This document shows, one piece after another, positions 1 through 14,778 of a DNA stretch of 64,000 nucleotides. A model generated the notes under the pieces. It saw nothing but the letters and a program-made list of their open reading frames with translations. It searched no databases and was not told the DNA's origin. The position numbers and the translations under genes were made by a program. Each line of letters opens with the position of its first letter. Position 1 is the stretch's first letter. The stretch lies in the NCBI GenBank assembly GCA_964016885.1, contig OZ024742.1, positions 286,626,001 to 286,690,000 on the forward strand, read 5' to 3'. The DNA is from Eledone cirrhosa. Lineage: Eukaryota.

Positions 1-470
1 CTCTCCCTCTTTTAATACTTCATGCGTTTCAGTATAGTGTATTTTCTCTATCATCTATATATTCATTTCCACCCACAAACGTTTGAGTGATCTGGTTGCT
101 ACTATTTTCTGTTGCTGTTGTGTGTTTGATGTTATTAGAGTTCACTTGCAATTTGTTTTATGCCAAGTCCTCTCGTCAAGTTCATTATCTTAATAAATCA
201 CTTTCATGTTTGTAAACTGCAATAAAGCATATTTGAGGCCTTTTCAGCTGCTTCGCTGTAACAATTTTCATAAGATGTTGTTAGAGGTTTAAGGCTATAG
301 CCTCTACCTCCTCCCCCTTTGCGTGTGAAATACAATTTATCTACATCTCCATTAATGTTGAAACTGTCGATAATTCTAACCAGTTTCTGACGTTTTACAT
401 TCATTTGTTAAGTTATTACATTAAATTGTTCAGAAGGTCAAATATAGAAATTAAGATAAACACTGCAAAT
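1..470 (-). mobile_element. Degenerate non-LTR retrotransposon remnant (R4/Dong-like, post-RT region)
   Basis: ORF 204-404 contains DVDKLYFTRKGGGGRG, resembling the DxxRLYxxRxxGGRGL motif downstream of the RT in R4/Dong-type elements; stops and frameshifts around it. Confidence 0.55.
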
Positions 471-755
471 CTATTGTGAGCGGTGTATTTGATGCTATCG
501 CCATTTTTTTTTCTTTTGTTACTCTCTTCAATATTCATATATTTATATATTCCCTATTTAGCCAAAGAGGGCTAACCCTTACCTTAACCCTAACCCTAAG
601 CCCATAAATCTTTTCGGGGCCTCAGTGACGGGTGGGAGAGAAGAAGAAAAGTATCCTCAAACTGCTTTCAAGAAATTAGGCTCCACTGAATGGACTTAAG
701 GGCAATGCCGCAGTATTAAACCGATTACTGGATTAAATCTACTACACTGAATGGA

Positions 756-1048
756 AGCGCGTGACCTAGTGGTAGGGATGTTGGACATGCGATCATAATG
801 TTGTGTGTTCGATTCCTGGACTGGGTTGTGTGTTGTGTTCTTGAGAAAAACACTTCATTTTCACGTTGTTCCAGTATACTCAGCCGAAAATGAGTTCCAG
901 CAATAGCTGAGGGTTTAAACCTGTGATGGATTGGTGTATTGTCCAGGGGGAGTCTTGTATTCTCAGTCGCTTCACGCAACGAAGACGGGGATAAGCACTG
1001 GCCTGATAACCCTCCGGAGTCGAGATAGGCTTTAGACTTTTTTCAAAG
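756..1048 (+). mobile_element. tRNA-derived SINE (family A) with 10-bp target-site duplication
   Basis: A-box-like GTGACCTAGTGG and B-box GTTCGATTCC; ACTGAATGGA duplicated at 746-755 and 1049-1058. Reverse copy at 60350-60587, head fragment at 4212-4288, tail fragment at 30190-30298. Confidence 0.85.
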
Positions 1049-1097
1049 ACTGAATGGACTTAAAGGCAATGTGGCAGTGTTAAACTCTAACGATCTT

Positions 1098-1173
<76 letters not shown>

Positions 1174-1221
1174 GGTAGCAGTGGTAGTTCAGTCTCTAGT
1201 ATTTGGCCATTATTTGTGGTA

Positions 1222-1440
1222 TTGGATTGACAGTATCGGCACAGCGTCGGACAACATGCTTTGTGGCATGTAGTTACGTCCCTTTACGGTCTGAGTTCAA
1301 ATCTCCCCCAGCTTAGCTTTGCCTTTCATTCTTACGGAGTCGATAAAATAAAGTGCCAGTAACGCACTTGGTTCGATTTAATCGACTTTCCCTTCCCCCC
1401 AAATTGTTGGCCTTGTGCCTATAGTAGAAACCAGTATTAT
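1222..1440 (+). mobile_element. Octopus-type tRNA-derived SINE (family B)
   Basis: GAGTTCAAATC B-box followed by CTTTGCCTTTCATCC...GTCGATAAAATAAAGTACCAG body. Further copies at 19264-19500, 19505-19698, 44020-44128 and 52509-52690. Confidence 0.85.
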
Positions 1441-1506
1441 CATTGCAGCAGCAGCAGCAGCAGAGCAGCAGTAGTAGTAGTAATAGCAGCAGAGCAGCAG
1501 CAGCAA

Positions 1507-1566
<60 letters not shown>

Positions 1567-2464
1567 AGTAGTTCAGTCTCTAGTATTGACCATTAACTAT
1601 GTTTTTCCACGTTCCCTTTCTGAAAATATCGATGTATTTATATTTTTGTTTTATTTCATCTGTGTATCTCCCCTACTCACCTTCACCTCTCTCTCTATCT
1701 CTCTCTCTCTTTCTCTCTCTTTATCTCTCTCTATCTCTATCTCTATCTCTCTTTCATCCTCTCTGTCCTACGTATTTGTTGGTTTGTTGGTTGATCGGTC
1801 AGTTGGTTGGATCTCGCTCTAATCTCGTTCAAGTCTCGTCTGGTACACAATAGACCATTCAACGGAGTTATTATCAATAGCAGATGTCCATGACAACTCT
1901 CAAACACCAAACAAACAACAACAATATAACAACAGTGTCAACAATGACAACAATGGCGGTTGTAACTAACAACCACAACAACAACAATAATTATAATATG
2001 TCAACACAATCTTAATAGTGAAACAAACCCAGAAATACTAATTCAATAAAAATCTAAATAAATTACCAACATTCTTTCTCTCCTCTCCTCCTTCTCTCCT
2101 CTTCTCCCCTCCTCTCCTCTCCTCTCCCCCTCCTCTACTTCAGGACCGACCCTTTTTCTCCGTTGTTTAAAGTATCGACTTCCATTACAAGGATCAAGAT
2201 TGACGTCATCAGTTAATTCGACCAATGGAAAACAATAAAACAACCAGGATATAGATATACAATATATATACAATAGCAACAATCTAAGAAGAGCACATAT
2301 CAACTGTACGTTTGTTTTGTTTTGTTGTTGTCTCAGGATATCGCTGATTTTCAGGCTGACAACACTTATCTCACATGTAAACAGACACCATAATTTAAAT
2401 ATTTACATTTGTTAACAGTATTTGTAACAATTTAGGAGAGCAAGACGTTTCCAAAATGGTCGAT

Positions 2465-2755
2465 ATCAACCACCAAGGATCGTTAAGACTACCGAAGAGT
2501 TGATGTGACTTCCCAAGGATTGGTGAGACTACCCAAGCATCGTTAAGACTACCGAAGGGTTGTTGTGACTACCCAAGGATCGGTGGGACTACTCAATGAT
2601 TGGTGAGACTACCCAAGGATTGTTAAGACTACCGAAGGGTTGATGGGACTAGCCAAGGATCGGTGGGACTACTCAAGAGTTGATGGGACTGTCCAAAGAC
2701 TGATGGGATTATCCAAAGGACGATGAAACTACCTAAGGATCGATGGGAACAATCA
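2465..2755 (+). repeat. 20-bp minisatellite (GACTACCCAAGGATCGTTAA-like)
   Basis: Visible ~20-bp periodicity with diverged units. Confidence 0.85.
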
Positions 2756-3232
2756 AGAGATCGATTGAACTTTTGGGATCAAAATCTGCTATATATATAA
2801 TTATGTATGTATGCACGGGGACATAGAAATAGTCGGGCTGGACACCCGATCGCGCGGTTAAGCCACTGAGAGTGAAGGACCCCTAGCCTTTGTCAGGGCA
2901 TTCTTCTAGGAGAAGGCAACTCAGGAAACTGGGATAACTCCGATATAAAACCTGCGGCTCAGTAGTTACCGATGATGTTGATCTTTTCATCTTTTCGAGT
3001 TATAGCTACTGTCGCTCAGAGAGTGGGATTGGCTCAGTGCAGTCTTTCCTCACTTTAAAAAATATCTTCACGCACAGGCATTGCACGATAGAATTAATTA
3101 ATAATTATTAATAATTGTTTCTACTTTTGGCACAAGGCCAGCAATTATCCCAGTGTATTACTGATTATTAATAATGGTATATCGTGCAATGGCCATACTC
3201 GATAACGAGGGGGAAGCCATCATGTATGTATG

Positions 3233-3834
<602 letters not shown>

Positions 3835-3880
3835 TGCTGTTCTAACAGCTTCCATACGCCGAGTTCTTCCATCTTCCTGA

Positions 3881-3916
<36 letters not shown>

Positions 3917-4086
3917 AAAAAGGGATGAAATCGAAAATGCAACTGAAGTCTTATTTTTTTAATAAATATATATATTTTTAAAAAAAATAAGACTTCAGTT
4001 GCATTTTCGATTTCATCCCTTTTTCTTTATACTTCCACCCGTGTAGGACACCTCGGTTATTTTTCATTTTGTAAAAAAAACCTCAC

Positions 4087-4129
<43 letters not shown>

Positions 4130-4154
4130 CATTCATTCTTTGCTTAATCTGTTA

Positions 4155-4189
<35 letters not shown>

Positions 4190-5293
4190 CAGATTTTGAT
4201 CCCAAAAGTTCGTGAAGTTGTGAGTTCGATTCCAGGACCGGGCGATGCATTATGTCTTTGGGCAAGACACTTTATTTCACGTTGCTCCTTCTACACGGAG
4301 TTGCAATCGACAGATAGTATTAGCAATTTGAAAGACCAATGGTAACATTGTTTCTTCGGTCCGATTTCACGAAAGTCGATCGACTGTCGATATATATATA
4401 TAATACAATAAAATATAACTTGCTTCTACAGGTTTCTGATTGATATATAATTAATATTTATTCTATTTATTTTATATTCTGTTTACATTTAAAAATAGCT
4501 TTATTAACTTTATTAAATAGAAACTACGTAATATGATAGCTGCAGCTTGATAATGTCTGGTGACTGTTGGTGGCTGTTGCGGTCTGTGTTACCGAAACTG
4601 GAGGGTTGGTTTAGCAGGAGTTATGAATGCAGGCTGGCGTTCGGTTTAGGGTGTTAGCTCAGTGTTTTGTGGACAGATTGGAACAATAACGGTCTTATTT
4701 ACATATATATTTGTACATGTTTTTATTGGGATGTCGATGAAGCGGGGTAAGTTAAGGATTTTATGACAGAGCTCGATGGTCTAAAAAAGTTGGGCATCTG
4801 TGTTGTAGAGATTCCTGATTTATAAAAAGAAATAGAGTAGACGTACGTGAGAGTATCACTGATGGATTGATAGGAATAGGAGTAACATTCATGAATTACT
4901 TCACCAAAAGGACTATAAGAATATGTTTACAATTACCACCACCGATACCATCTCAGTTGTCACCTCCCTATTCAATACATCAAATTCCATATCTATTGTC
5001 TTTATAATTGTATGCTTTTGATTTTGTCTTTTGTTATGATAAAGTAACTGTGAAAGAAAGACATTGGGTTTAATGTGGAATGAAACGTTTCAACAAAATC
5101 AAAAGTCCTTCATTTTGTATTTGTTCGTCCCCATAACGTCATTTATTAGAGCAGAAGAGAAAAGAACTACTAAACTAAGTAGAAAGCCTTCAGTCTAGAG
5201 TACCGTTTCTCAACTGGTGTTCCCGGGAACCCTAGGTTTCCACAAGAGTTTGCTAGGGGTATATGTACATGTGCATATATATATATGTGTGTG

Positions 5294-5338
<45 letters not shown>

Positions 5339-5394
5339 GTGTGTATGTATATATATATATATACACATACATACATACAAACATACATACATGA

Positions 5395-6000
5395 ATACGT
5401 TGTGGTGATGTCAAGGAAAGTTTGGCTACCATTTCTAGCAACTCAGAGGATTACCATGTATGTGGTCTCTTCATTTCACTGCTAGGGAATTTAATTAAAT
5501 ATATGAAAATGATTAGTCTTTTTATGAAGCTACAGGTTGTTGTCCTGTTTTTCATAGTTACAGCTCTTTAATCATCAAGGAAAGTGTGGCTGCTATTTCT
5601 AGCAACTCAAATTATAACCATGTATATGGTCCTTTATTTTCCTGCTAGGCATTTAATTAACTTTATGAAAAGTAATCAGACGTTTTATGTAGCTTGATGT
5701 CGTTGTCCATATATTCTTTATAGTTATATAGCTCTTTAATGTGACATCACATAAAACCTGACTGCTGTTTCTAGCAACTCAAATCATAACCATGTATGTG
5801 GTCCTTTATTTCCCTTCTAGGCATTTAATTAAATTATGAAAGTAATTAATTCCCGATGGAACTACAGGTTATTGTCCTATTCATTAGTTCTTTAATGAGT
5901 TATCACATAACATTTGGCAGTTATTTCTAGCAACTCAAATGAAAACCATGTATGTGGTTCCTGCTTTTCACTGCTAGGCATTTAATTAAATATATGGAAA
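5395..6000 (+). repeat. Diverged ~165-bp tandem repeat (4 units)
   Basis: TTTCTAGCAACTCA...ACCATGTATGTGGT...CTAGGCATTTAATTAA recurs near 5430, 5596, 5768 and 5924. Confidence 0.8.
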
Positions 6001-6217
6001 GTAGTCATCCATATAATAGATTCCGGTGTCGATGTCTTCCCATACAAATGTTCCTTCATGTGATTGTCATTCTATTTAATTTTATGTCATTTTTACTTCT
6101 ATTCTAGATATTCATTTATTATGGCTTAGCCTTGTTACTCTGGAGTCTCATCTGCGTGCTCACAGGACCATCAGACAAGACTGGTGATCCTCTCAGTACG
6201 CAGGTGAAACTTTAGAG

Positions 6218-6507
6218 CAGTCATGGGCAACCTGCGGCCCGCGAAGCTTTCTGAATGGCTCGCCTAAGTCACCTAAGTGGAATCTTTCTGATGTTTTTAC
6301 TCCAACTTTTCAGTCGTAATTTATCTTTCTATCATTTTTACGATCGAAAAAAAAACATGTACGAATTCTGAAGAAACAAATCAAAACAGCCTGAGTTACT
6401 GTCCCTTTTTTAAATGTGGGCACGAATGTAAATTAGCGCTTGCGGCCCGCCTGGTGATGAGCCATATCTCTTGCGGCCCGCTTTTCGAAAAAGGTTGCCC
6501 ATGTCTG
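6218..6507. mobile_element. hAT-type MITE
   Basis: TIRs CAGTCATGGGCAACCT / AGGTTGCCCATGTCTG, subterminal GCGGCCC motifs, 8-bp TSD CTTTAGAG/CTTGAGAG (7/8 identical). Confidence 0.8.
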
Positions 6508-6808
6508 CTTGAGAGTAACAAAGCTCACCAAAAGCCGTAATAAATGAATATATATATATATACAGTGGCGGACTGGGTCTAAAAATATTGGTTGCCAGGA
6601 GATGAAAGGGGCCCACCTACATATAGAATGCTATAATTTAATTTTTATAATGAATAAATAACATTTTCGAAAAATACGTAAGAGGAAACAAAACAGTGCA
6701 ATCAAAGTTTTGCGGAAAATATCTTACCTTCTCCAATAAAAAAATATTATCTATTTTACGAAATCCAGAGACTTTCAATAATGACCGTTGGTCTTTCACA
6801 CTCACTCA

Positions 6809-6865
<57 letters not shown>

Positions 6866-6884
6866 ATCTGTCTATCTATATATA

Positions 6885-7140
6885 AATATATATGAATGTA
6901 TATACAGTGTATTTTGCAATACACTGTATGCTTAATAAAAAGCATTTTGAAGACCTTATGGTATTGTTTTAGAGTAGTGACAGACTCACTTACTTTAATT
7001 TCAGCAAACAGGGGAGATAAAGCTGAAATTAAAGTAAGTGAGTCTGTCACTACTCTAAAACAATAGCATAAGGTCTTCAAAATGCTTATTATTAAGCATA
7101 CAGTGTATTGCAAAATACACTATATATACATTCATATATA
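6885..7140. mobile_element. Fold-back element (~120-bp arms) in (TA)n
   Basis: Arms ~6885-7005 and ~7022-7140 are reverse complements around an AAACAGGGGAGATAAA loop. Confidence 0.8.
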
Positions 7141-7192
7141 TATATATAGCTATTTCAGAGCAACAATTCTAAATTTAAAAAAAAAAAAATAA

Positions 7193-7846
<654 letters not shown>

Positions 7847-8379
7847 CACCTTTACCACTAATTGATTTGACAGATGTCTTTAACCCATTGATACCAAATA
7901 TTATTTGATCAGTAGTTCGTGTATATATATATATATATATGCTTGTGTGTCTGTGTCTATATATCTATGTTTGCATGCATGAATGAAAACACTAAGCTTT
8001 AGATTTAGTAGAATGTACAACCACTTATTCCAACTACTTGCACTATCGTATATTTTGGTTTCTAGTAATTCTCCGGGAAATTGGTTGACCAAATGCTTTG
8101 CTTGTTTCATTTATTTTTTTTTATTTTATTCTTTCTCTTAGATTTCATGTATTTTTTGAAAGCAAAGCATTGGCCCCTAAAATACTACAGTGGGCCCTGC
8201 AATGCTACTGTGGGCTCTTGCAATGCTAGCGTTGCCCCCCCCCCCCCCGGGACCCACTTGTTATTGGACAACCTATATATATGTGGGATGAATAAATTGG
8301 GTATAATACCAGTTTCTCACCAAATGCGAAGAAGCTCGATAGGAAAGGGCAGAGAGCATAATTGTTTTTAAATCATATA

Positions 8380-8622
8380 CAGTGGCGGTGGAACTGAGGT
8401 GGAGGACATTCCCCCGCCCCTCCAATAATTATATTTTCTCCCAAAACTACCAAAACACACATCTATTTAGATATGCGCTACAATTTATGTACCTGTTATG
8501 TTTTTCGCATATCAAAGTTTTCTGATCATTTTACAGTGCAAAGAGCTATACGAATCACTATAACTACATTGACCAAATTGCCTCCAACCACCCACCCTTT
8601 CATAATACTTCCACCACCCCTG
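8380..8622. mobile_element. Small MITE
   Basis: Imperfect TIRs CAGTGGCGGTGGAA / TTCCACCACCCCTG; TSD unclear. Confidence 0.5.
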
Positions 8623-8764
8623 TATATACTCTTTTACTCTTTTACCTGTCCCAACCATCCGGCTGAGGCCATATGTATATATATTATATAGTGTGTGTTT
8701 ATGTGTGTGTGTTTTTCTTGTTTTATTCGAGTTTTGTCTTCCTCCACTAGTGTTCTTGTTGTTG

Positions 8765-8798
<34 letters not shown>

Positions 8799-8976
8799 TT
8801 GTTTTCTTCTTCTTCTTCTTCTTCTTCTTCTTCTTCTTCTTCTTCTTCTTCTTCTTCTTCTTCTTCTTCTTCTTCTTCTTCTTCTTCTTCTTTGTTTTTG
8901 CTGTTGTTGTTATTGTTGCTGCTGCTGTTGTTGTTGTCTATCTACCATAATTCTTCCAGTTATTGTCTGTTACTGA

Positions 8977-9283
8977 AATGTGAAATACTGTTTAGAGAGT
9001 CTAGCAGACCTTAGAGGTCATAGAAAAGATGTGAAATACTGTTTAGGGAGGCTTACAGACGTCAGAGTTCATAGAAAAGATGTGGAATTGTGTTTAGAGA
9101 ATCTAACAAACGTCGGAGTTCATAGAAAAGATGTGGAATGGTGTTTAGAGAGGCTAGCAGACGTCAGAGTTCACAGAAAAGATGTGGAATGGTGTTTAGA
9201 GAGGCTAGCAGACGTCGGAGTTCATAGAAAAGATGTGGAATGGTGTTTAGAGAGGCTAGCAGACGTCAGAGTTCACAGAAAAG
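8977..9283 (+). repeat. 51-bp minisatellite (~6 units)
   Basis: AAAAGATGTGGAATGGTGTTTAGAGAGGCTAGCAGACGTCAGAGTTCATAG unit; gives the 17-aa repeat ORF 8980-9306. Confidence 0.9.
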
Positions 9284-9379
9284 TTATCTTCATCTTATAT
9301 CTCTAAAAATCTACCCACAATCCCGCCCCTCTAACTTTATGTTTCTAAGTGTGTGGACGTGGACATATATATATGTATG

Positions 9380-9431
<52 letters not shown>

Positions 9432-9440
9432 ATGTATGTA

Positions 9441-9472
<32 letters not shown>

Positions 9473-9769
9473 ATGTCTGTGTGTGTGTGAGTCTCTGTGT
9501 GTGTGTATGAGTCTGTGTGTGTGTGTATGTGAGTGTGTGTGTGGTATAAAGTAAATGCTCCCGCCACCCGCTGTTGCTGATGTAGCAATACTGTTCGTTC
9601 TACTTCATAACCCCTGTTTATCTTGGTACATTTATCCACAAAATGACTCCCATATTTCAGTCCCATCAACACTATTATGACTGATCAAATTATCTTTGTA
9701 ATTTACCAGAAAATTCGCACTAGTTCCTTCGATAAGAACATATCACCCGTTACTTGGGTATGCCCGAGA

Positions 9770-9862
<93 letters not shown>

Positions 9863-9932
9863 GCTCTCTATCTCCCCCTCTTCCTATCTAATCGTATAAA
9901 TGTGTTTGTGTGTATGTTTATACATGTAGGCG

Positions 9933-9974
<42 letters not shown>

Positions 9975-9979
<5 letters not shown>

Positions 9980-10367
9980 AATGTAATCTGAGTTTTTCGA
10001 ATATTAATAACATTCGATTCGTTTGCAATTATACAAACAATCCTCATTTTTATAGCCATATCAGTAGAATGAACCCTTTATTCTTCGTCTTGTGTTGGCA
10101 TCTGAACAGAACTGCAGACACTAATGTTTCTGGGTATCACCCTTCATCAGTACAGCTCACTGTCCACCTTCCAAAAACATTCGATTCGTTTGCAATTATG
10201 CAAACAAGCTTATGCCAACACAAGAGCAAGAATGAAGGGTTCATTCTACTGACATGGCTATACAATTGAGGCTTCTTTGCATAATTGCAAACGAATCGAA
10301 TGTTATTATTAATATTCGAAAAACTCAGATTACATTTATTGTATTCAGCCATGAAGAGCGAAATTTT

Positions 10368-10370
<3 letters not shown>
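9975..10370. mobile_element. PLE-type fold-back element with HHR and 167-nt partial tandem
   Basis: Flanked by (TA)n; arm 9977-10100 is inverted at 10213-10340; AACATTCGATTCGTTTGCAATTAT repeated at 10009 and 10176. Confidence 0.8.
10111..10156 (-). ncRNA. Type I hammerhead ribozyme (short stem III)
   Basis: Minus strand: GCUGUA-CUGAUGA-A GGGU gau ACCC A-GAAAC auuagu GUC-UGCAGU; canonical core, GUC cleavage triplet. Confidence 0.85.
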
Positions 10371-10400
<30 letters not shown>

Positions 10401-10410
10401 CATTTTTCCC

Positions 10411-10529
<119 letters not shown>

Positions 10530-10600
10530 CTTCAATAACTTTGATAGGTTTCGGCTAGTATATATATATATACTAGCCGAAATCTATGAAAGTTATTGAA

Positions 10601-10644
<44 letters not shown>

Positions 10645-10648
<4 letters not shown>

Positions 10649-11250
10649 GAAATTGAAATTTCATTTCTCACTCTTAGTACGGCTGATACTTAAATATAAG
10701 TATGTATACGTACATACATATATGTATACAGACGTACAGTAGTATGTATATACATACATACATGTACACATATATATATATGTACGTATGGATTTACCGA
10801 ACATTTATTATAATGTTCGGTTTGTTTGTAAACAAACAGCCCGAATTATTAGCCGTACAGTGTTCGGCAACCATCGTTGCCCTTTTGTTCAACACTGACA
10901 AAGGAGCAATGAACTAGTTTATAGCTTCTTAGCTGTCATCAGCACCGCATACCTTCCTGTCAATCGATTGAACGTTTGAAAGTATATACTTTCCTTATGC
11001 ATATTAACGGCTGAGTAGCCTGATTTGCTTTGCCAGTGTTGGACAAAAGGGCAACGATGGTTGCCGAACACTGTACGGCTAATAATTCGAGCTGTTTGTT
11101 TACAAACAAAGAGAACATTATAATAAATGTTCGGTAAACCCATACGTACATATATATATATATATATATATGTGTGTACATGTATGTATATATATACATA
11201 CTACTGTACGTCTGTATACATATATGTATGTACATATACATACTTATATT

Positions 11251-11255
<5 letters not shown>
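10645..11255 (-). mobile_element. Diverged copy of the 466-bp HHR element, with 5' inversion
   Basis: Aligns by eye with 28441-28906; HHR at 10906-10948 has G12 mutated (UAAAC); inverted arm ~11035-11250; (TA)n flanks. Confidence 0.8.
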
Positions 11256-11334
<79 letters not shown>

Positions 11335-11335
<1 letters not shown>

Positions 11336-11727
11336 GAGGGCAATCCCAAAAGTAAGGTCTCCGTCCGATATTGCAACGTTTCCGTTAAAATCCTGTGGAT
11401 GGTGCTTCGGGAAACCTCAGGAACCAAAATGCAGAGAGCATCCAGAGTGATCCGCCGATCTTTACGCATGTTTTCCTCGGAAGGAGACCTTACTTTTGGG
11501 ATTGCCCTCTATATAATAACTGCGCGAAATTCGCACTTGGCGGTAGCGTTCAACGGGAGCTCCATTCTCAATGGCTGCCAAGCCAAGATTGAGCATCCCA
11601 GCGACACGCGCGCATGCTTGTTTGGGAGTGAAGGAAGCACCAATCACAACAGTGTTGCCAACAGCCGTACGAACCGTTTCTCTGCGTCCCCATCGCTTTG
11701 GAGACCTTACTTTTGGGATTACCCTCG
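11335..11727. mobile_element. Mariner deletion derivative(s)
   Basis: TIR CGAGGGCAATCCCAAAAGTAAGGTCTC at 11335, inverted at ~11484-11510 and 11701-11727; TA flanks; minus-strand peptide [32 protein letters not shown] resembles a mariner HTH region. Confidence 0.85.
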
Positions 11728-11774
11728 TATATATATATCTGTTCTACAGACTAGAACTTTTCATTCAGGAAAGC

Positions 11775-11819
11775 CTGATGATTTCCTTCGAATGAAACAG
11801 TTCTAGTGCTGTAGAAGCC
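11775..11819 (+). ncRNA. Hammerhead core in a short fold-back element (11740-11833)
   Basis: CUGAUGA-U UUC cuuc GAA U-GAAAC AG uucuagug CU GUA-GAAGCC; the 5' stem I strand is lost at the inversion junction. Related copies at 35842-35892 and 23645-23780. Confidence 0.7.
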
Positions 11820-11858
11820 ATTTCTATATTAAATATATATATATATATATATATATCA

Positions 11859-11969
11859 GAATACTAATGATTTGATCAGAGGTAAACACTGTATTTAAGG
11901 TCGAGTGATGCAACTTCGAGTGATTAGCGGCCTTAAGACTCACCTGATCAATGAAACAATTGTTAATAC
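11859..11969 (+). ncRNA. Degenerate hammerhead with long stem II
   Basis: CUAAUGA (G5A)-U UUGAUCA...UUAAGGUCG/CGGCCUUAA...UGAUCAA U-GAAAC aauu GUU; stem I poorly paired. Confidence 0.5.
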
Positions 11970-12204
11970 TTGAAATAAAACCCTTTTTGTGCAGCCGACT
12001 ATGTTATTCTTCAATCTTTCCCTATTATTACTCCAAGTATAACCTGCATAGCAATTCTCGCGAACTCACTACCTAACTATGGAAACCTCTTGTTGAGTCA
12101 AACAACGCCGTACGTTAGAACTATCCACAATACAGAGTACTCACAACCTCTAACTGGATTACCTATAACGATAACTTGTTATCCCATATATATACATACT
12201 AAAT

Positions 12205-12975
12205 TTTATAAGATTTGTTTCTGTTTTTATGTGTTTTGGTGTAATGTTAAAGAGAACGGGACCAGTTGAGGTGAAATGATTGTGCCATGATGTTGTTATA
12301 AGATTTGAGTTTGATTTTTGTTGTGGACAGATAGCACGGGGCCCAAGTCTTAAGTGTATTCTAAATATGATGCCGATATCATTTGGGCAATTCTGATGGA
12401 ATATTTTTCATATCATGCAGATAATGTAGATCTCGCGGCGGCGTTGGAGAGAATAGATTGTGAGCTTTTCTAGTCGATCCCAATAATCAAGGCCTATCAT
12501 GACAGCTATCGTTTTTGTGATTGAGATGCTTCAATTTTCACAATTCTTTGTTTCGTGTGGAGAGACCAAAGTGGACAACATTATTCAAGGTGGAGTCAGG
12601 CAAAAGTAGAAAAGAGAAAGATATTTCTCGACTGGAATGTCCTGAGAATCCAGAAACACATCATGCAGGCCATGTCAACTTTGTTGTTTATATGAGTGGC
12701 CCAACTTATGTTGTTATCAACAATTACTCGCAGGTGTTGTTGGATGGTATAAGGATTTCACGCGAGGGAAGGAAATATGAGAGTTTCAGTGCATCCTCTT
12801 CTCCAAAGTGGACTGCTTCAAATTTATCCTCGTTCAGTCGTATATTGTTGCTTTTTTCTGCCCATTGGATAATAGCCAGTAGACCTGATTGAAAGTGTGT
12901 CCGGTCTCCAAATCCATTGATGACATTCTGGAGCTTGGAATCATCTGCAAATATTTTTATGTTCTGGTGCTTCAT
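12205..12975 (-). mobile_element. CR1-like LINE RT fragment
   Basis: IKIFADDSKL...LNEDKFEAVHFG and downstream YWDRLEKLTIYSLQRRRE; interrupted reading frame. Confidence 0.85.
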
Positions 12976-13066
12976 GATATATATACATACATGCATACAT
13001 ATATATATATATATGCACACATACATACTCACACACACACACACATATATACATAAATACATGTAT

Positions 13067-13121
<55 letters not shown>

Positions 13122-13238
13122 CATATATAGGAAAAGAATCAGGACCCCGACGGCTGAGCTCCGGCCGTTTCGACAGCTAGATCCCAATTCATATATATAT
13201 ATATATACTTACACACACATATATATATATATATACTT

Positions 13239-13325
<87 letters not shown>

Positions 13326-13326
13326 C

Positions 13327-13450
<124 letters not shown>

Positions 13451-13889
13451 ACATATATATATATGTATTGGTAAAAGGAAAAGAAAATGCTGACAAATTG
13501 TCCCAGTGAAAAATAGTTTAATTAGGAATAAGTAAAAATTAGTAATAAGTATTGGTTAGTATTCAGTTTTAGTTTTAAGTTTTTACCGGTTGCGCATTTC
13601 TAATGCTTTATAAAAATAATTTTGAGATAGAGCGCCCGTGATGTTTGCTCTAATCTGATTAGTTTTGGAAATTCTACCTGTTTTATGTGAAAAAAGTGGC
13701 TCCAGAGGTATTAAAATAAGTTTCGCGCCAATTCGTGTTGCAAAAATTCTTGTGGTCAAAACAATTTTGATTGGTCGGTAGAGGTCACGTGAATGTTAAA
13801 AATTGATTTTGCGCCAAATGTAGGTTTGTCGAAGAGTGTCCTTTTTCGCCTGATTGAGAAGTCACTGAAAAATAAGTCTTTTAAGACAA

Positions 13890-13977
<88 letters not shown>

Positions 13978-14778
13978 TAAAGAGGTTCATTGTTGTGATA
14001 ATGATCAGTAGGGATATGTGTGTGAATTGCAGTCATGTTGAAAGGTCAGCAGTTCAGGTGCCTATTAAGACAAATATGTGTGTGTGTGTGTGTGAGCGTG
14101 TGTGTGTGTGTAGCAGAGTATAATTCGTGGTAGAGGGATCGGTCAGTAGGAATGTGTCTGTACGTGTGTGGGGGATATTTTAACATGTTGAAAGATATTT
14201 TTCAGCTCTTGTCTTATACGGAGAAGTGTGTGTGTGTGTATATATATGTCTCTTTGTATGTTAGTGTACGCGTGTGTATGTGTGTGTATATGAGTGTGTG
14301 TGTATATGTGTGTATGTGTGCGTGTGTGTGGGGGGGGGGGACCAGTATTTTTGTGATACTGGTAAAAATTGTGTATATTATTCGATATTTTCAGCAAAAA
14401 CGATTCTCTCAAGCGAACATCAAAAACATTAATAATAAGAGGTGTGAAATGATATATAGTATTGTCATAACACCAAGGTGTGTGTGAGTGTGTCCAGATT
14501 GTACGTACTGCAAGGGGAATCCATTAGGCCCTGTCGTATGGGAATACTTGTATACAAATATGTATGTACCCATCAGTGTGCAATGGATGTGTGCGTATAT
14601 GTATGTGTGTGTCGTCGGCACGTTTATATCTATAGACATCAAAAGGTATGCAAATTTGTGTATATTTGTGTTGCACCATAGAGCATGTGTATTTACGTAT
14701 GTCATTGTGTTTATATGTGGATAGAGATGTATGCTGATGTAGGTATGTATGTTGACGTGTGTATGTTGTGGGTTCGTC

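Noticed and set aside
572-603. CCCTAA telomere-like repeats
   Set aside because: Only ~4-5 imperfect units; no evidence of a chromosome end or fusion.
756-830. tRNA gene
   Set aside because: The tRNA-like head is degenerate and belongs to a multi-copy SINE with a TSD.
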